This document shows, piece after piece, positions 8,524-18,005 of a DNA stretch of 64,000 bases. The notes below the pieces were generated by a model. It was not told where the DNA came from and did no database searches. It saw only the letters and a list, made by a program, of their open reading frames with translations. The position numbers and the translations under genes are program-made. Within the stretch, counting starts at the first letter, position 1. Each line of letters opens with the position of its first letter. The DNA lies in assembly GCA_964607915.1 (NCBI GenBank), contig CAZSMU010000001.1, positions 8,904 through 72,903 of the forward strand, in the 5' to 3' direction. This DNA is from an uncultured Haliscomenobacter sp. (GTDB taxonomy: Bacteria; Bacteroidota; Bacteroidia; Chitinophagales; Saprospiraceae).

Positions 8524-10968
8524 ATGCACAGGATAACCGCACTTATCGTTGGGGGGCTATTGCTTCCCTTTGCTTTTTACGCACAATCCGACCAGGGGTA
8601 TCAGGTACCGCCCAAAGCGATTGTGGACCTGGTGGATGTGCCGCCCACACCGGCGGTGCGCGTGAGTCCCCGGGGGCAGTGGATGCTGCTATTGGACCAG
8701 GCAAGTATGCCTTCCATCTCGGAGCTTGCCCAGCCGGAGCTGCGTTTGGCTGGCCTCCGCATCAACCCCGCCACGAATGGGCCCAGCCGTACCGGAGGCT
8801 TTACGGGTATGTCGCTGCGCGACATGAACCTTCCCGGTGGGGCAGCAATCCCCCTCCGCGGTCTGCCCGAAGAACCGCAAATCGGCACGCCGCTCTGGTC
8901 GCCCGACGGAAAAAAAATAGCGTTTACCCACACTACTGCCCAGGGAATTGAGCTCTGGTTGGCCGATGTCGGTACCGGAACCGCCCGGCGCCTAAACTGT
9001 GCGCCCCTGAATGAAGCGCTGGGCACCGGCTTTCGCTGGTTTTCGGATAGCCGCAACCTGCTCGTCAAGACCGTCCCGCCCAATCGCGGCCTTGCGCCGG
9101 CAGAGCCGGAAGTGCCTGCTGGTCCGGTGGTTTCTGAAAATGCCGGGAAGGCGGCTCCTGCCCGCACCTACCAGGACTTGCTGAAAAGCCCGCACGACCA
9201 GGCGCTCTTTGCGTATTTCGCGTCAGCGCAGCTCCTCGTGCTCGATGTAGAAAGCGGGGCCAGCAGCCCCCTTGCCCCCGAGGGCATGATTGACGACATG
9301 GATGTTTCGCCGGACGGCAACTACGTGTGGGTCAGCTATGTCAAAAAACCATTTTCCTACCTCGTGCCCGTATCGAGTTTTCCTATGGAAGTGGCGGTGT
9401 TCAACCGGCAGGGCCAAAACGTGAAGACCATTGCCGATCTTCCGCTCGCTGAAGACACACCAGCGGCTTTTGATGCGGTGCGCAAAGGGCCTCGCGCTGT
9501 CAACTGGCGCCCCGATCTGCCGGCCACCCTGTACTGGGTAGAAGCCCAGGACGAAGGAGACCCGCGTAAGGAGGTAGCGGTCCACGACAAACTATTTCTT
9601 CTGCCCGCTCCGTTTACCGGTACACCGACGGTAGCCATGGAATTCGCCCTTCGCTTCGCCGGGGTGCGCTGGGGCAATGAAGGCCTTGCCATCGCTACCG
9701 AGCGGTGGTGGCGCAACCGCCGGGAAGTTATCACTCGTTTTTCCCCTGGCCAGCCCGCGGCAAAAAAGGAAGTCTTGTTCGACCGTCCCTATGAGGACCG
9801 CTACAACGACCCTGGTCAGTTCATGATGACCAACAATGCCGGAGGCCGCAGCGTACTGCTGCTGGGTGAGCAAGGGAAAAAACTATACCTCTCGGGTATG
9901 GGCGCTTCCCCGGAAGGCAACCGCCCTTTTATAGACGCGTATGACCTGGCCACCCGGACGAGCAAGCGCCTGTGGCGCTCCGAAGCGCCCTATTACGAAA
10001 TGCCCGTCGCCATGCTCGATCCGGCCCAGGGCCTCGTGCTGACTAGCCGGGAATCTACAGAGGTGCCGCCCAACTACTACTTGCGCAACCTGCGCAACGG
10101 TACCCTCAACGCCCTTACCCGCTGGGAAAACCCGTACACCGCATTGAAGGGGATTAAAAAAGAACTGGTGCAATACCAGCGCGAAGACGGCCTGAAGCTC
10201 AGCGGTACGCTCTATCTGCCCGCCGGCTACAACAAGGAAAAGGATGGGCGTCTGCCCGTGTTCATGTGGGCCTACCCCCGCGAGTACAAGACCGCCGATG
10301 CCGCCAGCCAGATCAATGGCTCGCCATACCAGTTCATCCGGCCCGGCACCACATCGCCGCTGCTTTGGGTGACCCAGGGCTATGCGGTGTTCGACGACTT
10401 TGCCATGCCTATCCTCGGCGAAGGCGATAAAGAGCCCAACGAGACGTTTGTAGAACAGCTCCGCGCAAGCGCTGAAGCAGCCGTCAACAAACTCGTAGAT
10501 ATGGGCGTCGCCGACCGCAACCGCATCGCCGTCGGAGGCCATTCCTATGGCGCATTTATGACGGCCAACTTGCTGGCACACACCGATATCTTTGCCGCCG
10601 GCGTCGCCCGCAGCGGCGCCTACAACCGCACCCTCACGCCGTTTGGCTTTCAGCAGGAAGAACGAACCTACTGGCAAGCTCCCGAAATCTACTACAAGAT
10701 GTCACCGTTCAACTACGCCCATCAGATCAAGGAGCCCATCCTGCTCATTCACGGGGAAGCCGACAACAACTCGGGCACCTTCCCTATTCAGAGCGAGCGT
10801 TTCTACAATGCGCTCAAAGGGCATGGTGCCACGGCGCGTCTGGTGTTTCTGCCCCACGAAAGCCATGGCTATAGGGCCCGGGAGTCCATCCTCCACACCT
10901 TGTATGAAACCAATGCCTGGATGGACAAATACGTAAAAAATCGTCCGGTATCCGCAGTGAAGCCGTAA
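8524..10968 (+). CDS. S9 family serine peptidase (prolyl oligopeptidase / dipeptidyl-peptidase-like)
   Basis: Signal peptide and an N-terminal beta-propeller-like region. C-terminal alpha/beta hydrolase with GGHSYGAFM (GxSxG), LLIHGEADNN (Asp) and HESHGY (His). Confidence 0.9.
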   Translation: MHRITALIVGGLLLPFAFYAQSDQGYQVPPKAIVDLVDVPPTPAVRVSPRGQWMLLLDQASMPSISELAQPELRLAGLRINPATNGPSRTGGFTGMSLRDMNLPGGAAIPLRGLPEEPQIGTPLWSPDGKKIAFTHTTAQGIELWLADVGTGTARRLNCAPLNEALGTGFRWFSDSRNLLVKTVPPNRGLAPAEPEVPAGPVVSENAGKAAPARTYQDLLKSPHDQALFAYFASAQLLVLDVESGASSPLAPEGMIDDMDVSPDGNYVWVSYVKKPFSYLVPVSSFPMEVAVFNRQGQNVKTIADLPLAEDTPAAFDAVRKGPRAVNWRPDLPATLYWVEAQDEGDPRKEVAVHDKLFLLPAPFTGTPTVAMEFALRFAGVRWGNEGLAIATERWWRNRREVITRFSPGQPAAKKEVLFDRPYEDRYNDPGQFMMTNNAGGRSVLLLGEQGKKLYLSGMGASPEGNRPFIDAYDLATRTSKRLWRSEAPYYEMPVAMLDPAQGLVLTSRESTEVPPNYYLRNLRNGTLNALTRWENPYTALKGIKKELVQYQREDGLKLSGTLYLPAGYNKEKDGRLPVFMWAYPREYKTADAASQINGSPYQFIRPGTTSPLLWVTQGYAVFDDFAMPILGEGDKEPNETFVEQLRASAEAAVNKLVDMGVADRNRIAVGGHSYGAFMTANLLAHTDIFAAGVARSGAYNRTLTPFGFQQEERTYWQAPEIYYKMSPFNYAHQIKEPILLIHGEADNNSGTFPIQSERFYNALKGHGATARLVFLPHESHGYRARESILHTLYETNAWMDKYVKNRPVSAVKP

Positions 10969-10980
10969 ACACGAGAAATA

Positions 10981-13299
10981 TTGACCTGGATTGCACTCTG
11001 CTTTGGTATTTGCCTGTTGCCTCCGCAGCAGCCTGCGGCACCCGTTCAAACGATTCGCGGCACCGTGGTGGACCGCGAAACACAGGCTCCGCTGGAGGGT
11101 GCAGCCATCGCTATTGCCGACTCACCTACAGGGGTGTTTAGCGACGCGGAGGGGAGGTTTGCTCTTCGCAACCTCCCCTCCGGGCGCTACACGATACAGG
11201 TAGCGATGATTGGGTATCAGTCGCTAACCCTCTCCGCACTGGAGTTAGGCAGTGGCAAGGAGCTCGTACTCAACATCCAGATGGACCCTTCTCCGCTGTT
11301 TTTGGAGACCGTGACCGTCCGGGCGGAACCCGAAAAAAACAGGGCGCTCAACGATATGGCGATGACCAGTGCACGCCAGTTCTCACTGCAGGAAGCCAAC
11401 CGCTACGCCGCAGGCTATGGGGATCCAGCGCGCATGGCCGTGTCTTTCGCCGGCGTCACCAGCTCGGGGGATGACGATAATAATGAGATCGTCATCCGGG
11501 GAAACTCGCCCAAGGGCCTCCTGTGGAGGCTCGAAGGCATTGAAATCCCCAACCCCAACCATTTCAGCGACGGACAAGGGGCTACCAGCGGTATCATCAG
11601 CATGATCAATACCAACAGCCTGGCTAATTCCGACTTTTTTACCGGGGCTTTCCCCGCAGAGTACGGAAATGCTGCTTCCGGCGTGTTTGACCTGCGCTTC
11701 CGGCGCGGTAACGACCAGCAGCACGAAGCCATGGCCCAGCTCAGCGTGATCGGACTGGAAGCAGCGGCAGAAGGGCCGCTCCCCCTGGAGGGGGCGTCCT
11801 ATCGGGTCAATGCGCGCTATTCCACCTTGGAGCTGCTCTTCAAAACCGGCCTCTTGAATATTGACCCCGGCAGCTTCAACCCCGCGTACCGGGACTTCAA
11901 CTATACGTTTAACTTCCCTACCCAAAAAGCCGGTACGTTCACGCTCTGGGCGCTCGCCGGTGTGAGCCTGGCCGACGACGAAGACGCGGGGTCAAAAGAG
12001 ACTGGTCGCCAGAGCCTGGGCGTATGGGGGCTGGGACACAAAATCCCAGTCGGTAAAAGTGGGTACTTCTACTCCGCCGTCGCCTGGACCGACGAATCGT
12101 CCGCTTATTACCGCGATAACCTCATAGACAACCGCTGGATCAATACCCGCGACCAGACCTACGCGTACCAAAACCTGCGCGCTTCCACCTACTACAACGC
12201 CCGCCTTTCCAAAAGGCTCACCCTGCGCAGTGGGGCCGTCGCCAGCTCCCTGGGGTACTACCTCGACGAGAACCGATGGGATAACGCGCGCAAACGAATG
12301 GTCAATTTCCTGAGGGAAGATGGCCGCACCGGGTTCCTGCAGGCGTATTCCCAATTCAAGTACCAGGCCGGCACCCGCCTCAGTGCTACGGCTGGCGTCC
12401 ACTACTCCCGCTTCCTGCTCAACGACAAACAAGGACTCGAACCTCGCTTCGGCCTGCGCTATCAGGTTGCCCCCAATGCTTCCTGGAACCTGGGCTTCGG
12501 CCTGCACTCCCGTTTAGAGCCCGTCTCTGTATATCTCTACAAACGGCGCGTGAGCGAAACGGTGTTCGTACAGCCCAACCGCACTCTCGGCCCGCTCAAA
12601 GCGGCCCACTACGTACTGGGCTATTCCTGTACTTTCGGCCCCCACACCCGGATGAACGTGGAAGCGTATTACCAGAACCTGTATAATATCCCCGTGGACT
12701 CCAGCAGCAAAAGCTCTTACTCTTTGCTCAATTCATCCTCCGGTATCCCTTCCAACGTGCTCGATAATGAAGGCCTGGGGGAAAATGCAGGCATAGAAGG
12801 TACCCTGGAGCGCTCTTTTGCCGACGGATACTACTACATGCTCACCACCTCCCTGTTCAAATCCATCTATCGGGCAGGAGACCGAAAATGGCGCAACACG
12901 GTGTTCAACAATTCTTTTGCCTATAACATGCTGTTTGGGAAAGAATTTGCCCTGGGCCGGCAAAAACAGCATTTCCTCGTGCTCAACCTGCGCTATATGG
13001 TGCGGGGCGGCAACCGCTATACCCCCATCAATATAGGCGAATCTATCCGGCTGAACACAACGGTCTATATCAACTATCTCGCCTATGTGCCTCGCCTGCC
13101 TACCTACAAACGCCTCGATGTCGGCGTGTCGTACAAAATCAACCGCCCCCACGCCACCTGGCGCTTCAGTGCGGATATACAGAATATCTCCAACCGAAAA
13201 AACCCCGTCGAACAACGGTACAGCACACAGACCAAGGCGTTGTATTACAACTATGCACTCCCTTTGGTCCCTATTTTAGGGATAAAAGTGGATTTTTGA
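10981..13299 (+). CDS. TonB-dependent receptor with carboxypeptidase-regulatory-like N-terminal domain
   Basis: IRGTVVDRETQAPLEGAAIAI...GRFALRNLPSGRYTIQVAMIGYQS (CarbopepD_reg-like). Plug motifs (IVIRGNSPKGLLWRLEGIEI). Barrel ending ...LGIKVDF. The first possible start in this ORF is a TTG, so the start is uncertain. Confidence 0.8.
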   Translation: MTWIALCFGICLLPPQQPAAPVQTIRGTVVDRETQAPLEGAAIAIADSPTGVFSDAEGRFALRNLPSGRYTIQVAMIGYQSLTLSALELGSGKELVLNIQMDPSPLFLETVTVRAEPEKNRALNDMAMTSARQFSLQEANRYAAGYGDPARMAVSFAGVTSSGDDDNNEIVIRGNSPKGLLWRLEGIEIPNPNHFSDGQGATSGIISMINTNSLANSDFFTGAFPAEYGNAASGVFDLRFRRGNDQQHEAMAQLSVIGLEAAAEGPLPLEGASYRVNARYSTLELLFKTGLLNIDPGSFNPAYRDFNYTFNFPTQKAGTFTLWALAGVSLADDEDAGSKETGRQSLGVWGLGHKIPVGKSGYFYSAVAWTDESSAYYRDNLIDNRWINTRDQTYAYQNLRASTYYNARLSKRLTLRSGAVASSLGYYLDENRWDNARKRMVNFLREDGRTGFLQAYSQFKYQAGTRLSATAGVHYSRFLLNDKQGLEPRFGLRYQVAPNASWNLGFGLHSRLEPVSVYLYKRRVSETVFVQPNRTLGPLKAAHYVLGYSCTFGPHTRMNVEAYYQNLYNIPVDSSSKSSYSLLNSSSGIPSNVLDNEGLGENAGIEGTLERSFADGYYYMLTTSLFKSIYRAGDRKWRNTVFNNSFAYNMLFGKEFALGRQKQHFLVLNLRYMVRGGNRYTPINIGESIRLNTTVYINYLAYVPRLPTYKRLDVGVSYKINRPHATWRFSADIQNISNRKNPVEQRYSTQTKALYYNYALPLVPILGIKVDF

Positions 13300-13448
13300 T
13301 TTTGCTCTGCACAGGCTGAACCTCCCTCTCGTTTTTGCCGTTATGTTGTGGGTATGGAAAAGGATTTTTGCGGAGGGAGAACCTACGAACCCTCTCGCAA
13401 GGCTGCTCCAACAAACCCCAACGGCTCTAAAACTAGTATTACAAAACT

Positions 13449-14318
13449 ATGGCACAGAAAAGCGTACAGCAAGTGATGGCCCCGCCCCGCCCGCATATGG
13501 TCGGCGACGGCTTCCGAGTACATAACTTCATCCCCGGTAGTACCGGGCCGGGCATGCAGCGCATGGATCCTTTCCTCATGCTCGATTACAACTCGCGCTT
13601 TTATTTTCCTCCTACCGACACGCCCCGGGGGGTAGATGTGCACCCTCACCGGGGCTTCGAGACCGTGACCATCGCCTATCGGGGCCGCGTGGCACACCAC
13701 GACAGCTATGGCAACAGCGGGGTAATCGGAGAAGGCGACGTCCAATGGATGACGGCCGCCTCGGGGGTGCTGCACAAAGAGTACCACGAAAAAACCTTCA
13801 GCCAGGCCGGGGGGGACTTTCAAATGGTACAGCTATGGGTCAACCTGCCCGCCAAATTCAAAATGTCGCAGCCCAAATACCAAAGCATTACGAATCCGGA
13901 AATCCCAAAGGTGGAAATACCCGGCGGCAGAATAGAGGTCATTGCAGGGGAATACCGCGGCACGCCAGGTCGGGCTTCAACGTTCTCCCCCGTCCACCTG
14001 CAAAATGCCTCTTTGCAGAAGGGGGCCACAGCCGACTTTGTATTCCCCGCCCACTTCAATACGGCCCTGGTCGTCGTGGAAGGAAGTATCCGGATCAATG
14101 GGGCAGAAAAAGCAGAAACGGACCACTTCGTCCTGTTCAAAAATGACGGGGATACATTCGCCGTTGAAGCGCTCGAAGACGCCCTGGTGCTGATTCTCAG
14201 CGGGGAGCCGCTTCAGGAGCCCATTGCCGCCTACGGCCCCTTCGTCATGAATACCCGCGAGGAAATTGTCCAGGCCTTCGAAGATGCGCAGGCCGGTAAA
14301 TTCGGGGTGCTGCACTAA
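13449..14318 (+). CDS. Pirin family protein (cupin)
   Basis: HPHRGFETVTIAYRGRVAHHDSYGNSG metal-binding motif. Bicupin length of 289 aa. Confidence 0.9.
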   Translation: MAQKSVQQVMAPPRPHMVGDGFRVHNFIPGSTGPGMQRMDPFLMLDYNSRFYFPPTDTPRGVDVHPHRGFETVTIAYRGRVAHHDSYGNSGVIGEGDVQWMTAASGVLHKEYHEKTFSQAGGDFQMVQLWVNLPAKFKMSQPKYQSITNPEIPKVEIPGGRIEVIAGEYRGTPGRASTFSPVHLQNASLQKGATADFVFPAHFNTALVVVEGSIRINGAEKAETDHFVLFKNDGDTFAVEALEDALVLILSGEPLQEPIAAYGPFVMNTREEIVQAFEDAQAGKFGVLH

Positions 14319-14326
14319 ACGCAGGC

Positions 14327-15025
14327 CTATCGCTTTTTGCTGCGCAGCGCCCGGGCAATGGCCTGCTCCGCCAACGGACCCATAATCTGGTACCCGGCTA
14401 AGTTCGGGTGTACCCCGTCATCGCCCAGCCCGCTGCGCAAGCCCTTGCGCTCGTCGGCCATAGCAGAAAAGTAGTCCAGATAGACGCAGCCATGTTGTTC
14501 GCAATAGGCTTTGATCATACTGTTTAACCTGAAAATCTTTTCAGCCGGCTCCAGGCCCGGCTTCCAGGGATAGTCATATACCGGCAGTACCGACGACAAA
14601 ACGACGGCTATGCCATTCACTCTCGCCAGGTCGGCCATAGAGGCGATATGCCCCATAATCTCTTCGATGGTGGTGGGTCCGGTATTCCCGGCGATATCGT
14701 TGGTGCCAGCCAGGATAACTACGGCTGCCGGCTTCAGGCTGATGACATCCTGCCGGAACCGCACCAACATCTGCGGCGTAGTCTGTCCGCTGATTCCCCG
14801 GTTGACGTAGGGCTTGTCTTTGAAAAACGAAGGGTCGATATTCTTCCAGCCCTCGGTAATGGAATTGCCCATAAACACCACCCGTTTTTCACCGGGCTTG
14901 GGAAGGGCAAGGGCTGTATTCTCCGTTTGAAAACGCTTGAGCGAGGCCCAGTCCTGGGCCTGTAGGGTACTTGCTGTCATAGTAGAGAAAGCGAAGAGGA
15001 TGTACATAAAAAGGAACTGCTTCAT
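14327..15025 (-). CDS. SGNH/GDSL family hydrolase (secreted)
   Basis: SGNH blocks VVFMGNSITEGW, ILAGTNDI and DDGVHPN. I place the start at ATG 15025 (MKQFLFMYILFAFSTMTASTLQA signal peptide) rather than the 308-aa ORF start. Confidence 0.85.
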   Translation of the reverse strand: MKQFLFMYILFAFSTMTASTLQAQDWASLKRFQTENTALALPKPGEKRVVFMGNSITEGWKNIDPSFFKDKPYVNRGISGQTTPQMLVRFRQDVISLKPAAVVILAGTNDIAGNTGPTTIEEIMGHIASMADLARVNGIAVVLSSVLPVYDYPWKPGLEPAEKIFRLNSMIKAYCEQHGCVYLDYFSAMADERKGLRSGLGDDGVHPNLAGYQIMGPLAEQAIARALRSKKR

Positions 15026-15045
15026 GCTGAATGGTTTTATGTCAG

Positions 15046-15100
15046 GCTTGTTGCGATAGATATCGCAGGGAGGTAGAGAACCTTTTTGTCCTGCAAATAC
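15046..15100. repeat. Degenerate copy of the CTTGTTGCGAGGGG-type palindromic repeat
   Basis: GCTTGTTGCGATAGA...GAGAACCTTTTTGTCCTGCAAATAC resembles the left TIR plus the internal CCTTTTTGACC block. Confidence 0.4.
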
Positions 15101-15160
15101 GCTCCAAAGACGAATATAGTACTGTTTTTTCAAAAAAGTTTTTTTGTAAGCCGCGAATAG

Positions 15161-15200
15161 ACTTGTTGTACGGGGGCTCATGGGGTTTTCATAAAAAAGA
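15161..15200. repeat. Degenerate half copy of the CTTGTTGCGAGGGG-type repeat
   Basis: GAATAGACTTGTTGTACGGGGGCTCATGGGGTTTTCATAAAAAAG. It has the same GAATAGACTTGTTG flank as the copy at 60098. Confidence 0.4.
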
Positions 15201-15265
15201 AAAATTCCGTTTCTTACTTTTTCGAGCTTTGGTTTTCTTTGTAGTTGTATCATACTTGTTGCCGC

Positions 15266-17290
15266 ATGCGTTTTTTGCCTTTCATCTTTCTATTTTCACC
15301 GGGCTACCTGCTCGCTGTACTCCCGGGGGTAGTCGGAGACACTCTTCTTCAAGATAGCCTGCGAGAGGTGGTCGTGACCGCACAGCGCCGCGAGGCGAAT
15401 CTGTTCGAAACGCCTTCCACGATTGAGATCCTGCGTGCGGATGCCCTGCGCCTGCGCCAGGCGCGCACCGTGCCCGAGGCCCTGGTCGCCACCTCTGGGG
15501 TGTTCAACCAGTCCACCAGCCGATCCGGGTCGCCTTTTCTGCGCGGGCTCACCGGCAACCAGACCCTACTGCTCGTAGATGGCATCCGGCTCAACAACGC
15601 CACGTTCCGTTACGGCCCCAACCAATATCTCAATACCCTGGATCCGTTCTCCCTCAACCGGATTGAAGTACTGAAAGGCGGCGGGTCGGTTGCGTATGGC
15701 TCCGACGCTCTTGGGGGGACGATTCAGGTTTTTTCTGTTGACCCTCGGTTCAGTGACGGCCCATCCCGATGGGGAGGGCGGGCGCTCGGGCAGTTCCAAA
15801 CCCGCGATATGGAACAAAGCGGGCGCTTAGACCTGGCGTATAGCAGTAGCCGTGCCGCGTTCACAGGCGGATTTACCCTGCGGGATTTCGGAGATGTGTA
15901 TGGAGGGAAAAATACCGGCCGCCAAACCCCCTCCGGCTATGGCGAACGCGCCTGGAACGGTAAAGCCCGCTTTCGGCTGGCCAAAAATCATTTCCTCACG
16001 CTTGCCCAGCAGTCGTTCGCTCAGCAAGACCAGCCTGTATATCATAAAATCCAGTTGGAAAATTTCCTGCGCAACCACTTTGCCGAGCAGAAACGCGCCC
16101 TCAGCTATGCCCGATGGCAGCACCAGCCGGAGGGCAGCCGGCATCGCTTCACGGCTACAGCCTCTCTGCAAAACACCCTCGAAGGCCGGGAAAGCCAAAA
16201 GAAAGGCAGTGTCGTTCAGACAATCGAGGAAGACCGGGTGCGCTCCCTGGGGCTGGGCTTTCAATTTGAAAGCGCCCCCGGTGAGTACCTCAGCCTCAGC
16301 AGCGGCGTGGAGGTATATCGCGATCTCGTGCACAGCACACGTAGGGACCAGAATACGACTACGGGGATACACGCCGAGAAAAGAGGGCTATATCCCGATG
16401 GCGCGACCCACCTCAGTGCTGCGGCATACGCGCTCGCTACCTGGGACAAGGGCCGCTGGCAGCTTGCCCCAGGGCTGCGCTACAACTACTTTTCGATCAA
16501 GGTAGCTGATGCAGATATTGGGGAGAGCCATCTGCAACCTTCAGCGTTGGTGGGCAGTATGGCAGCTCTGTATCGATTTTCGCCTTCCGTAAATGGGTTT
16601 GCCCATGTATCCACCGCCTTCCGCGCTCCGAATATTGACGACCTGGGTACACTGGGGATTGTAGATTTCCGCTATGAAGTCCCAACCCAGACCCTGAAGC
16701 CTGAGTCGGCGCTGAATATGGAGCTCGGTCTCCGTGCCCGCTCCGAATGGATGCAAGCTGAGCTCTCTGTGTACCACAACCGCCTGAATGACCTTATCGT
16801 ACGTATCCGGGAAGGAAGCGACTCCATCGCCGGCTATCCGGTATATCGAAAGGAAAATGTGCAAAAAGGATATATTCAGGGGGTAGAAGGCGATTTTCGA
16901 GCTGCGCTGGGGCCTGCTTTTGCGTTTGAAGCTGCCCTTTCCTGGCAATACGGGCAGAATGTTACCCGCAATGAGCCCATGCGCCGCATCCCGCCGCTGT
17001 TTGGCCGGGTAGGGCTACAGTATGCCCGCTCCCGGTTCCGGTGTACGCTGGAGAGTTTGTTTGCCGGTCGGCAGGACCGCCTGGCCGCCGGTGATATCAG
17101 CGATAACCGCATTCCTGCTGGCGGGACTCCAGGCTGGGCCGTGGTCAATATCTATGGGGAATGTACCTGGAAAAAATTGATCCTCCGCGCAGGGCTGTGG
17201 AACTTGTCGGACGAGGATTACCGCTACCACGGCTCCGGCATCAATTCCCCTGGCCGGAGTGCTGTGTTTGGGGTAGAATACGTTTTTTAG
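15266..17290 (+). CDS. TonB-dependent receptor (no N-terminal regulatory domain)
   Basis: Start taken at ATG 15266 (MRFLPFIFLFSPGYLLA). Plug motifs VVVTAQRREANLFETPSTIEIL, LLLVDGIRLNNATFRYGPNQYL and VEVLKGGGSVAYGSDALGGTIQVF. C-terminal ...FGVEYVF. Confidence 0.88.
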   Translation: MRFLPFIFLFSPGYLLAVLPGVVGDTLLQDSLREVVVTAQRREANLFETPSTIEILRADALRLRQARTVPEALVATSGVFNQSTSRSGSPFLRGLTGNQTLLLVDGIRLNNATFRYGPNQYLNTLDPFSLNRIEVLKGGGSVAYGSDALGGTIQVFSVDPRFSDGPSRWGGRALGQFQTRDMEQSGRLDLAYSSSRAAFTGGFTLRDFGDVYGGKNTGRQTPSGYGERAWNGKARFRLAKNHFLTLAQQSFAQQDQPVYHKIQLENFLRNHFAEQKRALSYARWQHQPEGSRHRFTATASLQNTLEGRESQKKGSVVQTIEEDRVRSLGLGFQFESAPGEYLSLSSGVEVYRDLVHSTRRDQNTTTGIHAEKRGLYPDGATHLSAAAYALATWDKGRWQLAPGLRYNYFSIKVADADIGESHLQPSALVGSMAALYRFSPSVNGFAHVSTAFRAPNIDDLGTLGIVDFRYEVPTQTLKPESALNMELGLRARSEWMQAELSVYHNRLNDLIVRIREGSDSIAGYPVYRKENVQKGYIQGVEGDFRAALGPAFAFEAALSWQYGQNVTRNEPMRRIPPLFGRVGLQYARSRFRCTLESLFAGRQDRLAAGDISDNRIPAGGTPGWAVVNIYGECTWKKLILRAGLWNLSDEDYRYHGSGINSPGRSAVFGVEYVF

Positions 17291-17299
17291 CGCAGGCTT
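17280..17299. repeat. Left copy of a perfect 20-bp direct repeat ACGTTTTTTAGCGCAGGCTT flanking the higBA cassette
   Basis: Read directly from the sequence. It contains the TAG stop of the TonB-dependent receptor (17288-17290). An identical 20-mer is at 18073-18092. Confidence 0.95.
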
Positions 17300-17589
17300 T
17301 ACCTATTTATCTCCGGGATGTTGGGCAACTCATCGGCTAGGGCATTTACGGATTCCTCTAGGTCAAAGTCATCTTGAAGCCCCAGCCAAAATTTTGGCGA
17401 GGTACCAAAATATTTGCTCAGTCTCAGCGCTGTATCTGCAGTGATCCTCCTTTTCTGTTTTATGATTTCACTGACCCTCGTTTGGGGGATTCTGAGGTCT
17501 TTCGCCAGTTTGTGTTGGCTGATTCCCATTGGAATCAGGAACTCTTCCAGCAACACTTCCCCCGGGTGTACGTTGGACAATTTTTCCAT
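17299..17589 (-). CDS. higA: HigA-family antitoxin (XRE-type HTH)
   Basis: 96 aa. HPGEVLLEEFLIPMGISQHKLAKDLRIPQTRVSEIIKQKRRITADTALRLSKYFGTSPKFWLGLQ is the classic HigA/VapI HTH pattern. It lies downstream of a HigB-like gene. Confidence 0.9.
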   Translation of the reverse strand: MEKLSNVHPGEVLLEEFLIPMGISQHKLAKDLRIPQTRVSEIIKQKRRITADTALRLSKYFGTSPKFWLGLQDDFDLEESVNALADELPNIPEINR

Positions 17590-17948
17590 CTTTCTGTTCT
17601 TTTCAAGAGATCATTTTGGGGCCAAAGAGTCTTCTTGACTCCGAGGGGATTCCACCTCGCAACAAGCCTAATGGTAGTTGTTATTTGAACCCTGTATGCG
17701 TCATTTTCGGACCAAATAAAAACAATTCTCCACTGGTTATTGATTCGGATACTCCAGTAATTTTCCAGGTCTCCTTTCAATTTCTCCAATCTGTTGCCCG
17801 GCGGTACTCTGAGATCGCTGATGTCTTTAGCGCTATTGATCATTCTGAGTTTTCTTCTGGCAGTAGGCTGGATATCCTTTGGTAATTTCTTGGTATAGGC
17901 TCCTTCCCAAATATCTTTTGTCTCTTTACTACCGAAACTCTTTATCAT
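17535..17948 (-). CDS. higB: HigB-family (RelE/ParE superfamily) toxin with a frameshifted 3' end; canonical gene would be 17668-17948
   Basis: MIKSF...LEKLKGDLENYWSIRINNQWRIVFIWSENDAYRVQI matches the ~92-aa HigB killer-protein family. After aa ~89 the called frame runs on for 44 more codons. The neighbouring frame reads N-Y-H-stop (TAG at 17668-17670), which is the normal family ending. Confidence 0.8.
   Translation of the reverse strand: MIKSFGSKETKDIWEGAYTKKLPKDIQPTARRKLRMINSAKDISDLRVPPGNRLEKLKGDLENYWSIRINNQWRIVFIWSENDAYRVQITTTIRLVARWNPLGVKKTLWPQNDLLKRTERWKNCPTYTRGKCCWKSS
17618..17667 (-). repeat. Partial copy of the CTTGTTGCGAGGGG-type repeat between higB and higA
   Basis: The minus strand reads GCTTGTTGCGAGGTGGAATCCCCTCGGAGTCAAGAAGACTCTTTGGCCCC, starting at the base after the canonical higB TAG. 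No matching right-hand TIR. Confidence 0.7.
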
Positions 17949-17960
17949 ACCAACGCTTCA

Positions 17961-17971
17961 CGTTATTAACG
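17961..17971. promoter_or_regulatory. 11-bp palindrome CGTTATTAACG upstream of higB (possible HigA operator)
   Basis: A 5+1+5 palindrome ending 12 nt upstream of the higB ATG (17948). Type II TA operons are usually autoregulated at palindromes. Short, so it could be chance. Confidence 0.25.
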
Positions 17972-18005
17972 AAAAGCATGGATGATTAGTTCGTTTTTTC
18001 AATAT

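Noticed and set aside
10966-10983. Possible stop-codon read-through joining the S9 peptidase and the TonB-dependent receptor, since both are in the same frame
   Set aside because: A single TAA followed by a new signal-like N-terminus is ordinary gene packing. The two proteins have unrelated, complete architectures.
17535-17667. The 44-aa HigB tail as a genuine extra domain
   Set aside because: It is encoded by a repeat fragment and then by the out-of-frame 5' end of higA. The neighbouring frame gives the exact family ending NYH-stop.
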